This document shows positions 1 to 12,000 of a stretch of 64,000 nucleotides of DNA, piece by piece (position 1 is the first letter of the stretch; each line of letters starts with the position of its first letter). Below the pieces are notes generated by a model that was given only the letters and a program-made list of their open reading frames with translations, made no database searches and had not been told where the DNA came from. The DNA comes from Nageia nagi (Eukaryota; Plantae; Pinophyta). A program made the translations under genes and the position numbers. Location: NCBI GenBank assembly GCA_050084985.1, contig JBITNC010000001.1:10788001-10852000 (forward strand). Reading direction: 5' to 3'.

Positions 1-3000
1 CAAGCAAGTCCAGGAGGCGGAGCAATGCTAATCCTGATGAATATTATGATGATTGGCAGACAGGAAGTAGGAGGAAGACTGGTTCAGGCAAAAAGAAATC
101 GGCCACAGCCAGTTCAGGAAGGACAGGAAGTGGCGATGAGGATGAGTATGATGACAAGGGTTTATTTGGCCTGAGAGATAGAGAATTAGATGATTATGTG
201 AACAGGGGCAGTAATGTAGATAATAAGCGGGACAAACTGGACAAGTCTAAATCTAGCAGTGGCTACAAATGCAAAGAAGAGACTGCTGGGGCCAAACCAT
301 CTAGCCCTAGACAACATGGTGGTAGTCCTAGACAACACTCTTTGATGGATTATGATAGAAATCAAATGAGAAAGGGCACTGCAAGGGATGGCAAAACAGA
401 AGCTGCAGTAAAAGCAGCAGTTGGATACGAAACATCTCAAGGCAGAAGCAGGGGCAAAAGTGGTGGTGATTTTTATAGGGAGAATGACCCTGAGGAAAGG
501 GAGCTTTCCAGACAAGATTCTCAAGATGTGGTAAGATATACTGAAAGGAAAGGAAGCAGCAAAGAGAAAAGCCAAGGAGGAGGTAAAGGGAGTAGCAAAT
601 ACGAGAAGGATGACAATGGTAGGAGATGGGATGAAGCAGATCATTCACGGTCTACTATAAACATGCGTAATGAAGATACTATAGATGTAGATAAAGTTGA
701 CAGGAGGGCAGGAAGGGGCAGAGAAAAAATTGGCTCTGGAAGAGACAGAGATAATGAAACACCAGGGGATTTTTCATCCAAGACCAAGAACAAGTTAGGA
801 GAAGCAGCATTCCACAATGACACCAAACCTGCAAGAGTGAATGATCGAGAGGAGAAGAGAACAGAAGAAACAGAAAGGAGGGCCAAGGGTAAAGGTAGAT
901 TTGGTATGCATGTTGATAATGATGACACTAACAAGGCTTACAAGTCAGATGATATAAGAGATGACAAGCAGGCCAGAATGCGGGATACCCTTGATAGTAT
1001 GCCTGAGGACTTTGACAGCTGGGAGAAATCAGGAGCGCAAAGGCAATCATCCTATAAGGTACAGGATGAGAAAAGTGAAAGGCACAAGAGCTTCCGTGAA
1101 TATGGACATGGTAGAAGAGATGATGCTGAAAGCTGGGATATGCAGGAGAATGAAGACGAACATGTTGAGAGAGGAAGAATAAAGGAAAAAAGAGACATGA
1201 CCTGGGAAGACATAGAGGACAGAGGAAGATCTGGTCGTGGTAGGAGCGGAAGGGTAGTAAGGCACATAAAAAGATCATGGAGTCCTGAAGGTAGAAAGAG
1301 ATCTCGTAGGGACTCTGCTGAGTTTGATAGAGATTTTTCTGATGACAGAGGTGATTCAGATACAGAAAGAAGCATTAGTATGAAGGGAAAAGATAGAGAA
1401 CGAGATCCATATCGAGAAGATAGGTCTAGAGAAAAGGACCCAGATTGGTTCGAAAGATCAAGAGATTGGGAAGGCTCAAAAGATCATTGGAAAAGCCGGT
1501 ATTATGATAGGTATGATAAAGATCCCAAGGTTGATGAAGGAGACTATGAATTTGACAGAGATTGGGAATTTCATGGGCGTGAAAGGGAGAGGTTGGAAAG
1601 GGAGAAAATGCAAAGAGGTGCCACAGATAGAAAGGACAGGGGGAGGCTGGAAGGCATGAAAAGTATGTCAAGTTTTGGCAGTGCTAATGATGTTTTGGAT
1701 AGAAGAACAAACTCTCTTGATTATGGAAGGGGTGATTCTGGATCAGCCTTTGCTCCTGGAAGAAGAAATGATGCAGGAGGTCTGCCTGACTTCATGGTTG
1801 CAACAGGTGAAGGGGAATGGGGGTTTCCTCCAGATGAGAGAGGAAGAATAGGTGATACTTACCTATCTGGAGCTGATTCACGTGAAAGGTATGATGATGA
1901 TGTGCCTCCAGGCCTTGATCAAAATTTTGGTATGATTCCAGGAAGGATTGCTGCAGATGGATCAAGTACGAACTTGCATGGTGGAAGAGGTAGAGGACAT
2001 AAAGGAGCTTTAAACAACCGTGGTCGTGGAGGAGGTCATATGGGGAATGGAGGACAGTCTCCCTATGGGAATAACCAAGGATCTGGCAATTTCCAACGAG
2101 TGATGCAACAAGGAGGTAAGGGTGTTAGAGGTGGTAGAGGAGGAAGAGGCAGAGTTTCAGGAAGGGATACACAACGTGGTGGAATTCCCTTGCCTATGAT
2201 GGGTCCAGGCCCAGGGCCCGGTGTGCCTGCTATGGGTCCTCCATTTGGTCCTCTTGGGCTGCCTCCTGGGGCATTGCAAGCAATGGGTCCAGGCATGGGT
2301 CCTGGTCCTGGTCCTCCAATGGGTCCTGGTGGGTTTCTTCCTCCTTATGCGGGTCACATGGTCTGGGGTGGTGGCCGTGGTGCTGGTGAGATGAATATGT
2401 TAGCTGTTCCTCCTGGTCTATCTCCAGTCCCGCCACCTGGCCCTTCTCCTAGATTTGTGCCAAATATGGGACCTGGACCAAATCAAGGTGTGTATTTTAA
2501 TCAGCCGGGGCCTGTAAGGGGCGCTTCTCCAAATATGTCAGGAGCAGGATATGGTAATATTAATCCAGCTGGTCGAGGTATGGGTAATGACAAAGCGAAT
2601 CTGGGAAGAGGTCCTCCAAGGATTACAGGGCCTCCTGGTAAAGCTCCCTCAAGGGGTGAGCAGAATGATTATTCTCAAAATTTTGTTGACACAGGCATGC
2701 GGCCACAAAATTTTATCAGGGAGTTAGAACTGACAAATGTGGTTGAAGACTATCCCAAATTGAGGGAGTTGATCCAGAAGAAAGATGAAATTGTAGCTAA
2801 AAGTGCTTGTCCTCCGATGTATCTCAAGTGTGATCTTCGTGAAACAGCACTTTCTCCAGAACTCTTTGGAACAAAGTTTGATGTAATCCTTGTGGATCCA
2901 CCATGGGAGGAATATGTGCACAGGGCTCCTGGTGTTGGGGATCATATGGAGTACTGGACATTTGAAGAAATTCAGAATCTTAAGATAGAGGTATACTTTC

Positions 3001-6000
3001 CCTAAAATTCTATCAATGAATGCTGATATGATGGCGTACGATAAGTAATTTATTTTGTGCCATAGTAGAGTGCTGTCTGTAACAAGCAAAAACTGTAAAC
3101 GCATCAGGCATGAAGAACATCCTTACCATTTACTAAAAGTGCAATATGGAGATAGACTTCAGTCAGTCTTCTCATCAAAAGAAATGGTCAGTCTACATGG
3201 AGGCAATACACACCGTGTTTTCCAAGAAAGCTACTCTTGGCTTAATGTTAATTATGCTATTTAGTAATGTTTGCCTTTGTCATCTGCCTATGTGCATGTT
3301 GAGCTAGTTGTCCTCACATTGATTTTGCTGACCATCAAAATGTAAAACTCTATAAGTAACAATTGATATTAAATACAAACAGTGTAATTCTACACAATTT
3401 TGCATTTTATTGAATTTTTCATTGAAATTTTGAGTCTAATTGTTTGAAGTTTTTCTAGGTAATTGCAGATACTCCATCATTCATTTTTCTTTGGGTTGGT
3501 GATGGTATGGGACTTGAACAAGGCCGTCTTTGCTTGAAAAAGGTATCTTCTTTTCGTTACTTGGCTACAAAAAGCTGCAGAGAAATTCCTTTCAAGTTTC
3601 GAATCTCCTGAAGATATGTTCATAGATTATGTCAAGTTCTGCCCACTATTTGAATTTGATTGCACTTGAGATGCACTGATCTACTGTAATTTTTTTTTAA
3701 TCTTTAATAGTTGACTTCCATATTCAAGGCTTAGTTCCTACAGTTTTCCAATATCAAGCTTTGTCTCCATTTTAACGAAGAACTAGATGCTTCATTATTC
3801 TTTATACAATTTGACAAATATCATTTTTTAACATAAAATACTTAAAAATCAAACTTGGCAATCACAACAGAACAATGAGATTTATTCATCAGTTTGTGAA
3901 ATAACTAAGAACAGAAGCTGGAGTCAGTCGCACCATATGATTACTTTATAGAATGCCTTTGCTCATAAAATTAATTGTTTCTTACCATTCAATCAAAAAA
4001 CGAACTGACATAGGATTTGAAAGAAAGTCAATTTGAAAATGTTCGATTTCACTTATGGAATCTTTTTATCTCTACTGTTTTTATGCTGATGCTGTTTGAG
4101 TTTTGATAAAGTTTATTAGCCAGTCAAATTTGATTACTTTAAAGTATTGTATTAATAGGGGAGAGGACCCAACAATGGTGCACCCTAATTTTACTCCTCT
4201 TAAAATCCGATTTAAAAGGTCAAATCGTTCTAAATTTTTTATAGCTTCATCCTCGCCTAGTCGTCTGCTAATAACTAAGGCTTCAAGTCGTCATCACCAA
4301 ATTTGATACTCTTCTCTTCCAAAAACTTTTCTTTAATATTCAATTTTCAACTCCACATTTTAAACATTAGTCTAATGTATTAAAATTGATACCCCTTAGT
4401 ATCAAATGTCACAACATTAGTCATTAGAGTCTTTTATTGTGTCTTAAGTCAAAATTCGAATATATCCATAATGACATGAAATTGAATTAAATTCTCCAAA
4501 TCTAGAAATACTAGACCTTTGCCAAAAGATCATATCTGAACTTGATATTGGCATCTTGGATACCTAAGTGTGGAAAACCCAAATCAGAAGACGTGAAGCT
4601 GAATCCAATGACTATATGCATGCTCTAATATGAGGTGTCCATCGTACTCAAATGTAATCTAGACAGTAGGACTAGCCATATGATGGCCCTTCTTTAACCA
4701 TAAATTTCCATTAAAATCTGTGATATGACTCGGAATTACACCAAACAAAAGCTAGGGTAGAATAGAACATCTTTAGGGGAATCATCAGAGCCCCTTGAAA
4801 CTTTGTCCAACCTTCTAAAAAATAGGAAGATTTGTTAAATATATGAATTATTTTTGTACATGAAGAAAACTATACAAAACAAATGTCTATCGTTACTCGT
4901 TCTTATTCCACCTACACACTAACATCCACTTACCATAGTTGCCCCACAAAATAAGTGAGTGGGACTCACAACTTGTTATCATTCAAAAAGGGACATTACG
5001 ATTCCTCCCCTCTTGAATTTGCTTGCCCTCAAGCAAGATAAAGGTGTATGATCCAAGATAGCAACTGTATCCCTAGTAGCATCCTCACAAGGTAGACCAC
5101 TCCCTTGTATGAGGTAGTTCATAGCATTCTCATGAGGTAGACCACTCCTTCGTGTGAGGTACTTCATAAGCACATAGTTTCTTAACTGCTTCTGTATAGC
5201 CTTGAGGATTTGCTTTGGCACTAGGACTAATCTTCCCTCATCATCAAGGGATGGTGGCTCAGTTGAAGCTATGACATATTGACCCATTGCCTTCTTCAAG
5301 CATGATACGTGAAAGATGTTGTGGATATGGTTGCTAGAAGGAAACTTAAGCTCATATGTTACGTCGCCAACATGTCATACCACTTTAAAAGGGCCATAAA
5401 ATCAAGACTTGAGCTTCTCTACTCATGGGTGTAGGTTATCAGAGGAAAGAAGGCTCCTCCTATAGCTGAAGTGGCTTGGACTACTCTTGATGACATTCTT
5501 GTTAACCATTTCCAATCAGCAAGGGATCATCTACAAGCCTTGAGAACAAAAACTAAGTTATTCTCTCTTTCATAGAAGATTTTTTTAATGAAGACCTCAC
5601 ACAATTCCAAATGGAGGAACTCCTCAAGGCCTGTCCCTTAGTCATGGATGTAAGGGAAGAGAAAAGGTGGGTGATGATCCAAGTTTGTAGCATAGTGACT
5701 TGTGATTCTCCACCTGCATGGTGGATATGATCCTATTTGACTAAATGAAGGTGCTTTGGAGTCTTAGTTGTTGATGATAGAATTGATATTGCTTGTTGGA
5801 ATCATAGAATAAAAAAACAGTTTTTTGAAAATACAGCCCGGAGGCCAAATACATAAAAAACGGCAAAAAAATGGTCAAAGTATGGTGAATACGACAAAAA
5901 TTCACAGATTTTAAAATTTGTGAATACAGAAAATTCAGCAAAAAATGCAAAAAGGGTAAAAAAATGGAAAAAAATCACAATAAATGGCAAATTTGTGGAA

Positions 6001-9000
6001 AAATGGACAAAAATGGGAAAAAAATGTAAAATACGGTAAGTACGTTGGGTACAACAAGTACGATGAGGTTTTTATGCATTTTTTAGTCATTTATATGTTA
6101 AATACGACAAGTACAACCATTGTTCCTTGATGTTTTCAAGGAGTTTTCAACTTTTTTTGACCGTTTAAACGATGTTTACATGATTGTTTTTTGCTAGGAA
6201 AAAAATGGCATTTTTGGTGTTTTTTATAAGAAAATATAGTTTTTTTTTTTTAAAAACGGCAAAAATGACGTTTTTTTATTCTATGGTTGGAATTGTAACG
6301 ATGTAGTCTGGTCTTATCTAGGTACATTTTGGAATGTAGTCTCCTTGTAGGACCATATCTTCCTCATTGAGACTCATGAGAGCCTCGAACGGATACTACC
6401 CATTATTATAGACTACCACTAGGTTTCAACTTTTAGGCAGGAGATAGGAGATCGAGCGTTGTTTGCATAGAGGGGTGGCTTGCCTCATTCATAACCACTT
6501 TCAATCTCAAGTCATAATATTAGCCTTTGACATGCACTCAATATATGCGGATTTGAGTTCGGAGGGGACACACGCTTCTTTCCATGTTTTAATTGCATAT
6601 GTTACTTTACCTCGACTTCTTCATCCTTTGTCGTGCACATTGATGATGACCCATACATGGATCTTTATTCAAAAATCCTCCATTATTCTATGATGGGTGA
6701 TGTTAAGCTTTTGAGTGATTTTAATACCCCTTTTGGGACTTGTTAGACACTTGTACATGATCTTGGAGATGATGAGCTTTGTACCTAGGAGTTGGATCTT
6801 GGAACTTTTGGTTTATAGGGAATTTCTGCTGATGGGAGTGCTCTTGTTAAGGCATATGGGAGGCATCTTCTTCAACTTGGTGAGTCACATGGGCTTTATA
6901 TCCTTAACGGTTACCCTATTGTTTCCTCCATAGTGGGGTTGTGAGTGTGGTGGATTACACCCTTAACAACATGTCTTTTATCCCCCATATTCATGATCTT
7001 CATGTCTCATGCCATCGCCCTTTGGTTGATCATGATGCTTTGACATTTGCTCTGTGCATGACCTTGTTGTCTCCTTCCTCCTCCTCCTCTTCAGGTCCCC
7101 TAGAATTCATGATCTTCATGTCTCATGCCATCTCCCTTTGGTTGATCATGCTGCTTTGACATTTGCTCTTTGCACAACCTTGTCGTCTCCTTCGTCCTTC
7201 TTCTCTTTAGGCCCCCTAGAATTCATTGTCCCACAATCCATTTCAATGCTTGGTACAACGATGTTTATGCCATTTGCAACTTATAATTGGCTACCCTTCT
7301 CTTTCTACCACCACCATCAAATATGGGGTTTTATCCAACATCCTTTGGGAGGTAGCCCTTGACTCCTTTCCCCATACAACATGTCACTCCAAGTCACCCT
7401 ACCCTCTTGGGCATTGTCCTAGGAATCATTCATATAAAGATGAAAAAAAGAAAGTATATTAATGTCCTTCGATGACCAAAAGCAGTCAATGGGACTAGCA
7501 TGTACAAACATGATTAGAAAACCAACAAAGCCCCTATTGGGCAGCTGTTAGGGAGCGCCTAAAAATAACATAAACAAATACATTTGTGTAGAAAAGATCC
7601 AAACCCTAACATTTGTATAGAAAAGATCCAAATCGTAAAGAAAGGGAGAGACATAATTTAAGACTAGTAGAGGAAGGTCATCTTGGACCTCTCTAGGGAT
7701 TAGCATGCAGATGCTCTTTGCCTAAAGGAGGGATCTCGCTGGTCTCTAAGTGTTGTGTTTGTGATAGTGTTGTCGGGGGGAGGAAAGATGAGATCGGTTG
7801 AGTTCTCAACATAACCTGGATATCTTGAAGGTGTCTCTTGGTACAATGGGATGTAATATGATGGTCCTCTGTTGAATGTAGAGTGAAGGCTAGAAGGTGC
7901 TTTTGCTAGAGGAAGGCTTCTCAGAAGTAGAGAAAGAAAGAAAGAAAGTATATTAATGTCCATAGGTGATCAAAAGCGGTCAATGGGACTACCAAGTACA
8001 ATCATGATTATGAGGCCAGCAAAGCTCAAGCAAAGTAGCAACTAAAGCAACACCTAAAAGCCTAGAAAAAGATATAATCAGCTACAACCATGAAAGGTCT
8101 CAACCCTAAAAGAAAGGAGATACAAACAATCTGAAACATCTAGAGGGAGGTCGTCTTGGGCCTCTCCGGGGGGGATGGGGGGGTGGGAGTATGGTGGTAC
8201 TCTCTATTTCGAAGAGGGTCTTGATCAAGGCTGCAAGATGTGGCTATACTGCTACTGATGGTCGAGATTGTGCTTGCATGCTTTGGATACGTCTCCTAGT
8301 CCGTTAAAGTGGCTATGGAGGCTCATCCCGATGTCTCCTACAAACCTCTTCCGAAGGGGGAGCTTGAAAGAATGATGTGATGCATCGAACCTCGGGCGGT
8401 TGCTGGGCATGAGCAAGAAGGCGTCTCCATAGCAGGAAGGCCTCTTGAAAATAGAGAGGCAAACAATGTTGATCTGGGTATTGGAAGAATGTGGATAGAA
8501 AACTGTGAGTCTTGTTAAAGGCAATTGTATTGTTTTTGGATCTCATAGTATATTGAGCATTGGAAGAGAAAGTGGTCTTCGGACTCAATTTCAAGAGAGC
8601 AAAGACTACAAACTCACAAATCATGGGCTAGAGAATGGTCCGTCTTGATCCTCAACTGATGGTAGTAAACTTGAAATTGTCCAAGAAACATTCTCAACCC
8701 AAGGGATAGATGTAAGTTGATGTACCTGGGTGGGGAGATCAATCCATTGTTGATCCAAAGGTAGTGATGTTCATATTGCGCCAACTTAGGTGATAATGGC
8801 TATGGGAGAGAAACCCAACTGGTATGTATAAAGGCCCTATAAATCAACCCACAGATCATTGTCAAAGAGTCTAGATGAGTGCAAATCTATGCATCAAAGA
8901 CTCCTCCTTGTCTTGGCCCCTAACCCATAATCCATTTTGATCGCATGGATAGGTTATTGTTGCCTTCTTAGACAAAAGAAAATCAAGTTCTTGGGTCTAT

Positions 9001-12000
9001 ACGATGTGAGCTTCTTAACTCCCTTAACCACTCCCTTAAAATCTTTTGGCGTATCTTCCTTCCAAAAAAACGTCTTTCATTAGATAGTGATCCCTAAGCA
9101 TGTGTCTTCCATGCTAGTTCACTCTATGATATCCTTGACCAACAAGCTTCCCCTCCTCTTTCCTGTTAGTGATTTTGCCCAAAGGACATTGAAAACATTA
9201 TTTAAAAATTATGCACTAGCAAAGTAGTACATTGTGAAGGACTTCAAGCCAAGTTTCTCCAAGATGGTGTGGACTCACTTGCCTCCCCCATTGCAGAGTT
9301 GTTTAATGAGATTGTTTGTTTAGAGTTTACCCCCTCTTGGTCACATCATATTATTCATCTCATTCACAAGTCAGGTGATAGCATAGCTCTGAGAAATTAC
9401 AAAACCATCATGATTGGGATACCTTTGCTAAACTTTATGTGATTGTGTTGGATAAGATGTTGTCAGACCACTTACAGCATGACAATCATGGGGCACAATG
9501 TAATGTCCTCATTTTTGCCAGCATTGTAAATAATGTGAAATTTTATTGAAGTGTTGGAGTTTCCTCCTCTAGAAGGAGATAGTAATGTTTTAGAGTCTTT
9601 ATATGTGTTTATTGTGTTTAAAAGGTGTTGTTATGTTATATTTTAAATAAAGTGTATTAGGGGTGTTAGCTAAATGTTTAGGAGTATTTTTAAATAAAAG
9701 AAAATAAAATGTTCTAATTTAGCATGTGTCTAAAAGGTTTTTAAGTCAATGTGGGATCCCCTCATGTTTAAGAGGATCTAAAGGTCAGATTTACACACAA
9801 GGGAGGGCCGTTGTATCTTGTGGCTGAGATCTAATCTCCAGTTAGGGTTAGTTGTCTATATATGTTATTAGGGTTTCATTTGCGAGGACATCTTGGATCA
9901 TTTTCACTATCTTGGAGATTATTGGTGATCAACTTGAGGAAGACGAGCTTTGAGTTGCAGTGGTGAATCCAACTAGGGTTCACAATTGTGCATCATTGTT
10001 GAGAAGAAGAGATGTTTTTTGCTTTCAGATCTGAAGGTGGAAAGATTGTTGACAGAATTATGCTTCAGATCTAAGGAAGACACAGCTTGCCTTGGAACAG
10101 ATCTATTATGATTTAGTGTGCTCGTCAACTTGGTCTGTACAAATTTGGGAAACTGTCCTTAGATTTGAGGATGCTGAATTTTATATTAAACAATGGCCAG
10201 AATTGAATTGTATGCAATTTTAAGTGATTTCCTTCCCTGATGCAATTCCTTGTGGTATGAAAGTTGTTGAAAGTGGAGGAAAGATATATTGAATCCTGAT
10301 GATATTGACAATGATGGGAATGAGGCGAATAATGAAATGTCAGATTCAACTCTTGAAGGAGAATCTCTTATAAGGAGGTTACAACGACAGCTGACTGATA
10401 ATGGTGAGCATGCCCATCTTGGGATAAGAAGCGATGAATTCAGCAGTAGTAATGAAGAAAATGTAACTGTTTGGTGGAGTCAAAGAGGTCGCAGTACAAG
10501 CAATTCTGAGCGCTCTTTGAGACATTCAGGTCATGGCTTATGTCATAAAAAAGAAGTGATGATATGAATGGTGAGAATAGCCCAGTTTGTTTTGAAAAGA
10601 AACAACCTTCTAATAATGGAATTTGGGAAGGTACAGTCAGAGCTTGGGCAGCCAATGAGCAAAGGTGGATTTACAGGGCTTAACATTCAGCTTGGCCACA
10701 TTGGGTGTATAGAATTTATGATGCAAATAAGTCTTGCTCGACGTGCTGCAGATATGTGGAGGCAGATGGTGGAACTTCCCAGCATGAATGATCTAGTGGA
10801 AAAGCCAGACTTGTTATCATTTCACATTGCACGTAGGATACCTGTACCTTTTAAAGTAAGGCAGGAGCTTCTTGAGACCAAATTTTGGTCTGATCCTCTA
10901 GTTGAAATTACATGGTTTGTGGAAGAAGATTTGAAAATATGTCTTTACTATGTTGTTGAAATAGGTATTCCATTATGGGATAGGTCTCATTTGAATGGAG
11001 ATGATTCTTTTATTGAAGATAATAATGGCAATGCAAAAGTTGCAGAATTGCATCTGTATTTTGGTTTATGTGAATCAACAACAGCAGTTAGGAATTGCCG
11101 ATTGAAGATGCTACTTGGGAAGGACCTGAAATCCTTCAACATCTAGCATTGAATTGCTTGCTTTGGGATAAACAATTTGGGAGGGAAGGACTTGTAATGT
11201 CTCCATTTTTGCCAGCATTGTAAATAATGTGAAATTTTGTCTACGTATTGGATGTTCCTCATCTAGAAGGAGATAGTAATGTTTTGGAGTGTTTAGAAGG
11301 TGTTGTTATGTTATATTTTAAATAAAATCTATTAGGGATGTTAGCTAAATGTATAAGAGTATTTTATAAATAAAAGAAAATAAAAGGTTCTAATTAGCGT
11401 ATGTTTAAAAGGTTTTTAAGTCAATGTGAGACCCCCTCATGTTTAAGAGGATCTAAAGGTCATATTTACACCCAAGAGGGGCATTGCCTCTTGTGGCTGA
11501 GATCTAATCTCCAGTTAGGTACTTTTCTATATATGTTATTAGGGTTTCATTTGCAAGGAAATCTTGGATCATTTTCACTATCTTGGAGATTATTGTTGAA
11601 GCAATATCTTTTCCTTCTGTGGAAGGCCAGTTGCAGAAGTGGGCACCTTAGAGGAAAGCCAACCTCTTGGTGATCAACCTGAGGAAGACCAGCCCTCAAG
11701 CATATCTATTTCAGATTTCAGCATTTCAGCCTAACAAAGAACCAAACGTCCAAGTTTTAGGGCTGTTTTTGAGCATCTTCAGTCCAGATTTGGCATCAAG
11801 ATAGGGATGTCTAGCCTGGGTACATTGTTTTGCATTCAGATTTGAGATCTCGATCTCCATTTGTAACATCTGACCCTAGAGGCAATATTTGGTTGTTTTG
11901 TGATCTATCAGGTGCATAATTTCTGACTTATTTTGATCTGAATTTGTATTGAAAAATCTATATCAATAAAGCTGATATAGTATTGGATCTACAATTTTAT

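Noticed and set aside
198-3005. 935-aa ORF as a complete single-exon gene
   Set aside because: The frame is open upstream to the window edge and the start codon is GTG. The terminal VYFP* is intron read-through; the MT-A70 domain continues in five further exons.
186-3104. Minus-strand and alternative-frame ORFs overlapping MTB exon 1
   Set aside because: Shadow ORFs of a purine-rich coding strand with no recognisable motifs.
4158-4310. Possible end of a small DNA element starting ggggagaggacc
   Set aside because: No matching second TIR or TSD found.
10568-11146. 192-aa ORF as a functional nested gene
   Set aside because: Only 10730-10876 is in the CRBN frame. The upstream CRBN part is frameshifted and contains a stop, and the whole ORF lies within an LTR element.
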